NCBI GenBank assembly: GCA_947632315.1
Contig: CANROV010000001.1
Coordinates: 1 to 32,378, forward strand
DNA: 32,378 nucleotides
Source of the DNA: Candidatus Gastranaerophilales bacterium
GTDB lineage: Bacteria; Cyanobacteriota; Vampirovibrionia; Gastranaerophilales; Gastranaerophilaceae
Direction of reading: 5' to 3'
Positions 9,363 through 16,768 of this stretch are shown here, one piece after another. The translations under genes were made by a program, and so were the position numbers. The notes under the pieces were generated by a model. It was given only the letters and a program-made list of their open reading frames with translations. It had not been told where the DNA came from and made no database searches. Every line of letters starts with the position of its first letter. The first letter of the stretch is position 1.

Positions 9363-9478
9363 ATTTTGTTAACTCCATTCTTGAAAAGTTTATAAAAATG
9401 AAAGTTTGAATTTATAACACTTATTTTATTTGTTTAAAAAGCGGAAAAAAAAATTTTTGCTTATGATTTTGCGGTAAT

Positions 9479-10747
9479 CTATATTTTCTTATTTGTATAT
9501 TTTAAATAAGCTTTGTAATAAGCTTTTGCGTCTTCGCATAAAATTTTGGATTTCTTGAGAAAAGAGTTATTTTCATGAGTTGTGTATATAGGACAATGTA
9601 AACAAAATTGGCAGTATTCTTCTTTAAAACATTCTTTAAGATTTGATTTTATGAATTTCTTTTGAAATTTTGGCAGAACATTTTCTTTTAATTCTTTTAA
9701 CGATATAGAATTATAACTGCCCAAAATATAGTTGAAGCCTACGCAGGGAGTGATATCCAGATTGGGTCGAATACTTATTTTATTGTGGCCTGCTCCGCAA
9801 ATTCTTCCATCTGATTTCGTATATTTTTCTCTTAATATTGACGGATTAAAACAATCTTGATGAAATTTTAGTATATTGTTACTGTCTAATTTCGCATTAA
9901 AATTATGATTTTCTTTGTTGTAAATAAAAGTACATCCGGTAGCAAATGAGGCTCCTATTTCATCTGCAAATTGTTTTACATTTTTATAACTGTTAACATT
10001 ATATGAAAATTGCGGACAGTCAATTTTAACTTTAATATTATGATTCTTTAATTTTTTTATCAGATTTAATGTTTTATAATGAGACCCTTTTATTCCTGTT
10101 ATATAGTCGTGTTCATTTGAATCCATAGAATAAAGTGACAGCTTAATAAATTTAGGATAAATATTAATCAGTTCATTAAATAAATTTTCATCATCATAAA
10201 GTTTTTGACCGTTTGATAATATTGCCACAGGCATATGTTTTTCCCTAATATATTTTGCAATTTTAAGAAAATCTTTATTAATTGTTGATTCTCCGCCTGT
10301 CAGAATAATCTCATAAATACCAATATCATAAGCTTCATCAATTATTTTTTTTGCTTGATCAAAATTAATTGAATATTTATCCATATTTTTGGGATTAAAG
10401 CAATGCTTGCAATTTTGATTGCATTTATAATTTAATTCAAGGTGTAATGCTGATATAATCTTATTATCGGTAAGAAGATTAGTAAGAAGATATTCAAAAT
10501 ATTTAAAATTTTTATCTTCAGTGTTAATTGCAGATTTATTATGTTTTTCTTGTGTTAATTCATATAAGAAATTTTCTAAATCTTTAGTATTATATTTTTG
10601 ATTTGAAATAATTTCATTCCATTTATCAGATAAATTATTTTTTAAAATAAATAAAATGTGATTTTTCAAATCTTCAACAATACTTACTGTAGAATTATTG
10701 TTGTTAATATTATAAGTTCTTGTATTTATATATATTGGAATATTCAT
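9479..10747 (-). CDS. Radical SAM enzyme with a C-terminal SPASM/twitch-like Cys-rich domain and an N-terminal extension of about 95 aa
   Basis: 422-aa ORF. Canonical CxxxCxxC (LELNYKCNQNCKHC) followed by LTGGEST. The C-terminal third holds seven Cys (CGAGHNKISIRPNLDITPC ... CFKEEYCQFCLHC ... LCEDA), resembling SPASM auxiliary-cluster ligands. Confidence 0.85.
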   Translation of the reverse strand: MNIPIYINTRTYNINNNNSTVSIVEDLKNHILFILKNNLSDKWNEIISNQKYNTKDLENFLYELTQEKHNKSAINTEDKNFKYFEYLLTNLLTDNKIISALHLELNYKCNQNCKHCFNPKNMDKYSINFDQAKKIIDEAYDIGIYEIILTGGESTINKDFLKIAKYIREKHMPVAILSNGQKLYDDENLFNELINIYPKFIKLSLYSMDSNEHDYITGIKGSHYKTLNLIKKLKNHNIKVKIDCPQFSYNVNSYKNVKQFADEIGASFATGCTFIYNKENHNFNAKLDSNNILKFHQDCFNPSILREKYTKSDGRICGAGHNKISIRPNLDITPCVGFNYILGSYNSISLKELKENVLPKFQKKFIKSNLKECFKEEYCQFCLHCPIYTTHENNSFLKKSKILCEDAKAYYKAYLKYTNKKI

Positions 10748-10890
10748 ATTTATTTACTGTAACATAAATAATCTGCCTCTGTAAAGGGTAAAATCGTTTT
10801 ACCTGTATTAATACATTATGAGGAATGTTAATAATATTTATTGGTTTCTTCAACAGACCTATAATTAAAGAACCAGCAGTATTTAGCTAT

Positions 10891-11862
10891 TTAATTCTCT
10901 TTCAATTTTAACATTTCACCTAATTTTAACTGTAATTCATTATGATTTTCAGGGAAAAATATGAAACCAGACTGCGGGGTGAAAGTCATTTTTTCGAAGT
11001 AAAGTTTATTTTTCATAGACATCCAATCAACACGTGCTAACTTGAATCCTTGTGATAATGTTTTACTTAATTCTACAGCTTTTTTTAAATAATCGTCAGC
11101 TTCTGTTTCATAGAATAATCTTTCTGCAAAAAAGTTTATGTTAATATCATTGAAGTTTTCATCAAAAGTGTGATATTTGGCTAATTTTGATGTGTTATCA
11201 AATTTAAGTTTTTGAAAAATTTTAGGTACTCCATTGAAACACCATATTTCAAATTCCTGAGGCTTTTCGCCGGATGGTTCTTGTAATAATTGCTCAATTA
11301 TAATTTTAGGTTCAATGTTAATGTATTGAGTTTCAAAATCACTCCAGCCGAAAAAAGACTGATTTAGCCATTCTTCAAAAAACTTTTTTGTTGTATTGAC
11401 TAATTTTGCATTTGATATATATTGAGCTTTATCTTTAACAATAATTTGCCATTTACAGCCGTGATTTGTTTTAATGATAAAAGAATTTGGAAGATTCTCA
11501 AAAGGAATCTCATCAAATTTATCACCTATCCACAAAACAGGTTTTAAGTATTCTTCGCCTATTTTTTCTTTAATCCAATCACGTACAAGCACTTTATCTG
11601 TTAATTGTGTTTTAATAGGTAAGTTATCATAAATTTTTAGCCATTGAATTTTTTCGTTTAATGTTTTAGGACATCTTAAGTTTAATTTTTGTCCTGTTTT
11701 AATAAAATAAGCCTGACAAAGATATTTTTTATAATATTTTTTGTCTAAAGCCATCATAAATTCATAATTAAATATAGATTGACCATTATTTCTTAATTTG
11801 GGTATGTTTTCAATTTCATTTGTGTTTAATTTATCAAATAAGTATTTAAAAAATTCAAACAT
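10891..11862 (-). CDS. TupA-like ATP-grasp family protein (surface-polymer modification type)
   Basis: TLNEKIQWLKIYDNLP, LTDKVLVRDWIKEKIGEEYLKP, FIIKTNHGCKWQIIVKDK and a C-terminal ARVDW...LYFEKMTFTP resemble the TupA-like ATP-grasp family, from memory. I place the start at the ATG at 11862. The track's start at 11883 is an in-frame GTG lying across the G9A8 tract. Confidence 0.65.
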   Translation of the reverse strand: MFEFFKYLFDKLNTNEIENIPKLRNNGQSIFNYEFMMALDKKYYKKYLCQAYFIKTGQKLNLRCPKTLNEKIQWLKIYDNLPIKTQLTDKVLVRDWIKEKIGEEYLKPVLWIGDKFDEIPFENLPNSFIIKTNHGCKWQIIVKDKAQYISNAKLVNTTKKFFEEWLNQSFFGWSDFETQYINIEPKIIIEQLLQEPSGEKPQEFEIWCFNGVPKIFQKLKFDNTSKLAKYHTFDENFNDININFFAERLFYETEADDYLKKAVELSKTLSQGFKLARVDWMSMKNKLYFEKMTFTPQSGFIFFPENHNELQLKLGEMLKLKEN

Positions 11863-11878
11863 TTTTTTTCCCCCCCCC
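11862..11878 (-). repeat. Homopolymer tract G9-A8 (plus strand T8-C9) immediately 5' of and including the first base of the ATP-grasp ATG
   Basis: The plus strand reads CATTTTTTTTCCCCCCCCCAGCAC at 11860-11883. On the minus strand this is GTG CTG GGG GGG GGA AAA AAA ATG. I found no other G/C run longer than 4 by eye in the window. Confidence 0.95.
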
Positions 11879-11906
11879 AGCACTTTGCCAAAACTTTATC
11901 AAATAA

Positions 11907-11935
11907 ATTATATAATATAAATTGAATTTTGTAAA
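11907..11935 (-). promoter_or_regulatory. Sigma-70-type promoter candidate for the ATP-grasp gene
   Basis: On the minus strand: TTTACA (11935-11930), a 17-nt spacer, then TATAAT (11912-11907). This would place the transcription start near 11900, about 38 nt upstream of the ATG and upstream of the G9A8 tract. Confidence 0.55.
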
Positions 11936-11968
11936 TTTCCATAATATTTAAAAAAGATTACTTTTAAA

Positions 11969-12688
11969 TTATTTAATTTTTTCTTTGCTACCTTCGGGTA
12001 AGAGTCTATATCCTCCGCCATATATAGTTTCAATATATTTTTTGCCGTTTGAAATTTTATCAAGTTTTGTTCTTATATGTCGCATATGGACTCTTATTGT
12101 TTCTACTGCATCGTCTGCTTCATATCCCCATACGTCATTTAAAATCTTGGCACTTGATACCATATTTCCGTAATTTTGCATTAACAAATTTATAATATCG
12201 AATTCAATCGGAGTTACTTTAACGGATTTTCCTTTTATTTCAACTGAATATGTTTCGGGGATAAGTGTAATGTCACCTTTTGTAAGCACTTCTTTTACCG
12301 CAACGGATTTTGGTATATTATTTGTACGTTTTAACAGTGCTTTTACTCTCATTAAAAGTTCTTCAATTTCAAAAGGTTTAACAAGATAATCATCCACTCC
12401 GATATTAAAACCTTCTGCTTTATTTTGAAGCATATTTAGTGCTGTCAGCATTATGATGGGTATATCTTTAGTTGTGTCATTTTCTCGTATTCTTTTAGCA
12501 ACAGTGTAACCGTCAACTTCAGGCATCATTACGTCAAGAATAATTAAATCGGGAATTTCTTGTTTTGCTAAAGCATATCCCTTATTTCCGTCGAATGCAT
12601 TTATTGTTTTATATCCTGCCAGCTCCAAATTTACTTTTACAAGTTCATTTATCGCTTTATCGTCATCAATTACTAATATCTTTGCCAT
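11969..12688 (-). CDS. OmpR/PhoB-family response regulator (receiver plus winged-helix DNA-binding domain), orphan
   Basis: 239-aa ORF. ILVIDDD, PDLIILDVMMP (phospho-acceptor Asp), IIMLTAL, DDYLVKPF. C-terminal trans_reg_C-like TPIEFDIINLL...VWGY...VHMRHIRTKL...GGGYRL. GAGGAA Shine-Dalgarno. The start overlaps the upstream gene by 23 nt. Confidence 0.92.
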   Translation of the reverse strand: MAKILVIDDDKAINELVKVNLELAGYKTINAFDGNKGYALAKQEIPDLIILDVMMPEVDGYTVAKRIRENDTTKDIPIIMLTALNMLQNKAEGFNIGVDDYLVKPFEIEELLMRVKALLKRTNNIPKSVAVKEVLTKGDITLIPETYSVEIKGKSVKVTPIEFDIINLLMQNYGNMVSSAKILNDVWGYEADDAVETIRVHMRHIRTKLDKISNGKKYIETIYGGGYRLLPEGSKEKIK

Positions 12689-13613
12689 ATATATTCCTCA
12701 TCATTGATTTAAGTCTATCATAAAATGTATGATTACTTAAAACATTTTTTCTGCCCTTTGATGATATTAATTGTGCTATATTGACATTTTTTAAATAAAA
12801 AGTTATTTTATCAATTAATTCATATTCATTACGGTAAGTATCAAGTTCTTTACCGTTTTCAAAAATATGTACAAGTTCATCACTGTAAGGTGCAATAAGG
12901 AATCCTCCTGACGCTGTTATTTCAATACATCTGTAATTGATTGGTTTTGTGTTTCCGTTAGGTATATCAATATTTATTTTAGAAGCATTATATATTTGAG
13001 CAAGTTCTTTTTGCGTTTCAACATATCCTTTGTATGAGTTCCTATATATATCAAGATAATTGTCGTTCAGTAACTTGTTTTTGTATATATCATCAATACT
13101 TTTATAAAAATCAAATGACCGGCAGAATATATTTAATGCTCCAAAATTATATATTATTCTGCTTAATAGCTTTTCTCGGTTTGGATATGCAGGGTTTCCG
13201 GCAAATGTTATTGTATATAAATAATTATCAAATTTAGTTTTATATTCTTTTTGTGAAACAGCAGGTATGTATTTATATTTTATTGTCTTGCTGTCTGATG
13301 TGAAACAATATGTATTTTTTTGCTTTTTGTATTTTGCGGGAATATCCGAGTTTAATTCTGCACAATGAATCTTGATTAATTTTTCATCATTATTTAAATT
13401 GTCAAAAATATTATCAATTATTTCACTTCTGTTTAATCCCGAATGGAAAATAAATATAATATCAGGAGAAATATGTTCAACCTCTTTAGGATTAATATCA
13501 TAAATCTTTTTTTCTACCGAAAAAAATCCCAATGCTTTAAAAGCTTCGGAAAATCCTTTTGAAATATATTTTCCTTTGTTATTATCCGGAATTATTATAA
13601 GAACTTTTTCCAT
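12666..13613 (-). CDS. CgeB-like glycosyltransferase family protein (Glyco_trans_1_2-type C-terminal domain)
   Basis: 315-aa ORF. The C-terminal NYRCIEITASGGFLIAPYSDELVHIFENGKELDTYRNEYELIDKITFYLKN...GRKNVLSNHTFYDRL resembles the CgeB/DUF3880-associated GT domain. Family assignment is from memory. Confidence 0.55.
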   Translation of the reverse strand: MEKVLIIIPDNNKGKYISKGFSEAFKALGFFSVEKKIYDINPKEVEHISPDIIFIFHSGLNRSEIIDNIFDNLNNDEKLIKIHCAELNSDIPAKYKKQKNTYCFTSDSKTIKYKYIPAVSQKEYKTKFDNYLYTITFAGNPAYPNREKLLSRIIYNFGALNIFCRSFDFYKSIDDIYKNKLLNDNYLDIYRNSYKGYVETQKELAQIYNASKINIDIPNGNTKPINYRCIEITASGGFLIAPYSDELVHIFENGKELDTYRNEYELIDKITFYLKNVNIAQLISSKGRKNVLSNHTFYDRLKSMMRNIYGKDISN

Positions 13614-13651
13614 TCTATTATTGTATCAATAATTAAATTAAAATAAAAGTT

Positions 13652-14914
13652 CTAAATAATATTGTATTTTTTCCCAGTTTCTTCAAGAATTTTTACGGCT
13701 CTTTCAAGCTGATTATAGGATAAATCTTTCATAACACAAAGTCTTAACCTGCATTCTTTTCGTCTTACAGCGGGATAAGTAACAATATTTGTATAAAGTC
13801 CTTTTGTTCTTAATTCCGAATGAATTTTAAAAAGTTTTTCTTCATCATAAATCATAATGGGAATGATAGCTGATTGAGAGTGGCCTATATCAAAACCGAT
13901 AGCTGTTAAGTTATTTTTTAAGAAATTTATTTTATCCCATAATTCTTTTCTTCCCGCACTGTCTTTAAGAAACATCTTAAATGCTTGGTTTAAACCTCCT
14001 GCAACGGATGAAGGTAGTGCTGTTGAAAAGAAATAAGTTCTTGCATATAATTTCAAAAATTGGATAATTGCTTTAGAACTTGCACAATATCCCCCTAAAC
14101 CGCCCGGAGATTTACTCAGCATGCCAATATTTAAATCAATTTTATTACTAACATTATAAAATTCGGCAGAGCCTTTACCTGTTTTGCCGACTACTCCCAA
14201 GCCGTGTGCATCATCAACCATAACACGGCATTTATATTCTTTTGCCAAATTTGTTATTATATCTAATTTGGCTATGTCTCCATCCATGGAAAATACGCCG
14301 TCAGTTATAATAAGTCTGCCGGTTTGAGATTTCGGCAGTCTTTTTAATATTCTTTCCAGCCCTTGCATGTCAGCATGCGGATATATTTTTATATCGGCTC
14401 CCGATAGTTTACAGCCGTCAAAAATTGAAGCGTGGTTTGCACTGTCATTTATTATTACATCACCTTCATTACATAATGCACTTATAACTCCTATATTTGT
14501 ACCGTATCCGCTTGGAAATACTATTGAATCTTCACATCCGTATAATTCTGCAATATGTTTTTCAAGCTCTTTATGTATTGGAGTAATTCCTGCGTAATTT
14601 GAAACTGCGCCCATACCATATCCGTACTTATCAAGGGCTTCTTTTGCCGATTTAATTACTTCTTCATTTGTTGATAAATTTAAATATGAGTTTGAACCCA
14701 GCATTATAACGGAATGCTTTTCTCCCGTTTTTTCTTCTATATTATATTCACCTTGTAATTTATCTAAAGAAACCATACCCAGACCTTCATTCCCCGTTTT
14801 GATATCAGTGTTTATTATTTCGTAGACAAGTTCTGCTTTTGTGAAAAGGTCATCACCGGGTGTGGTTTTTAAAAAATTTTCAAATTTTTTGTTTACTTGT
14901 TCCAAAATCGACAT
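13652..14914 (-). CDS. PLP-dependent alpha-oxoamine synthase family enzyme (BioF/Kbl/serine palmitoyltransferase-like)
   Basis: LGSNSYLNLS, SGYGTNIG, NHASIFDG, DGVFSMDGD, VDDAHGLGV and MLSKSPGGLGGY (PLP-lysine motif of the SKS type). I use the ATG at 14914 (MSILEQ...). The track's start at 14944 is a TTG. No bio or tdh genes are nearby. Confidence 0.88.
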   Translation of the reverse strand: MSILEQVNKKFENFLKTTPGDDLFTKAELVYEIINTDIKTGNEGLGMVSLDKLQGEYNIEEKTGEKHSVIMLGSNSYLNLSTNEEVIKSAKEALDKYGYGMGAVSNYAGITPIHKELEKHIAELYGCEDSIVFPSGYGTNIGVISALCNEGDVIINDSANHASIFDGCKLSGADIKIYPHADMQGLERILKRLPKSQTGRLIITDGVFSMDGDIAKLDIITNLAKEYKCRVMVDDAHGLGVVGKTGKGSAEFYNVSNKIDLNIGMLSKSPGGLGGYCASSKAIIQFLKLYARTYFFSTALPSSVAGGLNQAFKMFLKDSAGRKELWDKINFLKNNLTAIGFDIGHSQSAIIPIMIYDEEKLFKIHSELRTKGLYTNIVTYPAVRRKECRLRLCVMKDLSYNQLERAVKILEETGKKYNII

Positions 14915-14945
14915 ATTACTCTCAAATCTCCTGTTAACTATCAAT

Positions 14946-15788
14946 TTATTTACAATCTTTGCTTATCGGGCGGCCAAATAATAATCTTCCGAGTCCCCAA
15001 TGTTTTTTTAATGTAGTTTTAACCCCGCCTGTTATTTCATTAACATTTTCCATTGTTGAATATGTTTGACATATTACGCTGTTCATCATGGGCATTGTTG
15101 TTTTATCTATTTGCTCGGTTATTTCGCTTATGCTTTTTGTTGTATCTTCTATATTTTTAATAGAATTTTCCATCGCTTCTTTGTCCAGTGAAGCATTTAA
15201 ATTAGATGACATTTCTTCAATATTTTTTGTTGTTTTTGCCAAATTGTTTGTAGCAAATTTTATATCTTTCTTTGAATCAGCGACTATTTCATTAATTTGT
15301 AAAAAGATTTCATTAAGTGTGCTTACGGTTGTATTTGCCGTGCCTAAAAGTGTCCTTGCATCACTTATTAAATTATCTACTCCGCCTGACGCTAATTGAG
15401 ATGATAATATATCATTTAAGTCTTTTGATATTGTGCCTGTAATAACATCACCTTCTGATAGTTTTTTTAGTGAAACATCATTCGGATAAATAATATTAAT
15501 AAAGTTTTTTGTATCAGATTTTTCAATTCTTGCCGTTACGTTTGAAGGCAATTTTATGTTAGCGGGTGTTATTTTTAGCTTTACATAAGTTTTAATATAA
15601 TCTTTATCGGGGAAAATTTTTCCGCTTTTCCCTATTTTATAGCCTTTGTAGTATACCGGAAGTTTTTTATCGAATGGTTCAAGTTCATCAAACGAAACTA
15701 TTACGTTTAGAAAAGCAACTTTATTATAAAAAAAGTATAAAGTTACTATACACACTAAAATTAAAATTATTATATACAACTTTTTCAT
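14946..15788 (-). CDS. MCE/MlaD-domain protein with a long C-terminal helical region
   Basis: N-terminal membrane anchor MKKLYIIILILVCIVTLYFF. MCE-like core VSFDELEPFDKKLPVYYKGYKIGKSGKI. The C-terminal half is Asn/Glu/Thr-rich and coiled-coil-like. I use the ATG at 15788; the track's start at 15824 is a TTG. Confidence 0.7.
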   Translation of the reverse strand: MKKLYIIILILVCIVTLYFFYNKVAFLNVIVSFDELEPFDKKLPVYYKGYKIGKSGKIFPDKDYIKTYVKLKITPANIKLPSNVTARIEKSDTKNFINIIYPNDVSLKKLSEGDVITGTISKDLNDILSSQLASGGVDNLISDARTLLGTANTTVSTLNEIFLQINEIVADSKKDIKFATNNLAKTTKNIEEMSSNLNASLDKEAMENSIKNIEDTTKSISEITEQIDKTTMPMMNSVICQTYSTMENVNEITGGVKTTLKKHWGLGRLLFGRPISKDCK

Positions 15789-15880
15789 AATCAATATAAA
15801 ACTAAATAATTTAAAACAATACAATTATCTGTTAGTATATAGTTTATTGTCTGAGTGTATATAGCCGATTGGGTAATATT

Positions 15881-16726
15881 TTATTTTATATTATCTAATT
15901 TATGTTTTATTAATTTATTGATGATAGTTAAAGGTAATTTCTCAAATAACTGAACTAAGGAAGATTTAAATCCTACACTGTAAGATGGTTTTGGATTCTT
16001 TGTATTAATTATTTTTATAATAATTTTTACAACTTCCGAAATATCAAGTCCGTTTTTATTATTATCTTCAGCATTTTTTTCCAGATATTTTAATTCTTTT
16101 TCGTACTTATTTTTTGCATTTTCATTAAAGTTTTCAAATCTTGATTTCGCACTTTTAACGGATTTATTCCAAATAGGAGTTTTAATTGAAGCAGGTTTAA
16201 CGGAAATTACTTTAATATTATCTTTATTTTCGAGCATAAAACTGTTAAATAAAATATCTAATGCACGTTTTGAGGCACAGTAAGGTGAAATAAACGGAAA
16301 TAAACCTGTTGAAGCCATAGAACTTATATTGATTATTTTTCCGTTTTTTAAAAACGGTATAAATCTTTGTGTAAGTGCTAATGCACCAAAGGTATTTACT
16401 TCAAATTGTTCTCTTATACTTTTAACCGATAAAAATTCAATTGGCCCTGCGGTTGCTATTCCGGCATTATTTATCAGTACGTCAATTCTGTTTGTATTTT
16501 TTATTATGAACCAAAATGCCTTTTCTATACTTTCAGTATTTGTAATATCGAGATAGACTCCTTTTATGTTTGTATTAAGTTTTTCAAGTTCATCCTTGTC
16601 AACTTTTTTCCTTACTCCGGCAAAAACTTTATATCCTGATTTCGCAAGTTTTAAAGCGGTTTCTCTTCCAATTCCGGATGAAGCTCCTGTTATTAATATT
16701 GTTAAATTTTTGTTTTCTTTCTCCAT
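15881..16726 (-). CDS. Classical short-chain dehydrogenase/reductase (SDR)
   Basis: 281-aa ORF. TGASSGIG cofactor motif, NNAG, and the catalytic YCASK (YxxxK). Confidence 0.9.
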   Translation of the reverse strand: MEKENKNLTILITGASSGIGRETALKLAKSGYKVFAGVRKKVDKDELEKLNTNIKGVYLDITNTESIEKAFWFIIKNTNRIDVLINNAGIATAGPIEFLSVKSIREQFEVNTFGALALTQRFIPFLKNGKIINISSMASTGLFPFISPYCASKRALDILFNSFMLENKDNIKVISVKPASIKTPIWNKSVKSAKSRFENFNENAKNKYEKELKYLEKNAEDNNKNGLDISEVVKIIIKIINTKNPKPSYSVGFKSSLVQLFEKLPLTIINKLIKHKLDNIK

Positions 16727-16753
16727 AATAATTTATTTCTTATCATAAAATTC

Positions 16754-16762
16754 TGATATAAT
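16754..16762 (+). promoter_or_regulatory. Extended -10 element (TGnTATAAT) only 6 nt upstream of the yraN ATG
   Basis: TGATATAAT at 16754-16762, then CAAACT, then the ATG at 16769. There is no Shine-Dalgarno. The whole divergent intergenic region is only 42 nt. Confidence 0.4.
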
Positions 16763-16768
16763 CAAACT

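Noticed and set aside
9445-9458. A9T5 run here and a T9 run at 3981-3989, considered as additional slippage tracts.
   Set aside because: A/T homopolymers are common in this AT-rich sequence and both lie in intergenic spacers. Only the G9 tract at 11870-11878 is compositionally exceptional.
10787-10803. Hairpin GGTAAAA-CGA-TTTTACC (minus strand), 88 nt after the ATP-grasp stop. I considered it as an intrinsic terminator.
   Set aside because: The stem is only 7 bp with two G-C pairs, and there is no proper U-tract (CTTTAC follows). That is too weak to call.
10710-10853. A 47-codon minus-strand ORF starting at a TTG (MKKPINIINIPHNVLIQVKRFYPLQRQIIYVTVNKYEYSNIYKYKNL) upstream of and overlapping the radical SAM start. 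I considered it as a RiPP precursor.
   Set aside because: It has no ATG and no Shine-Dalgarno. It contains no Cys and lacks the Ser/Thr/Gly-rich core typical of radical SAM/SPASM substrates. It overlaps the enzyme gene out of frame. It is worth re-testing only if homologous loci conserve it.
15835-15864. Direct repeat GTATATAG (15835-15842 and 15857-15864, 22 bp apart) between the SDR and MCE genes. I considered it as a response-regulator operator.
   Set aside because: An 8-mer of this composition recurring within a short AT-rich spacer is not clearly beyond chance given the number of intergenic regions inspected. There is no supporting evidence.
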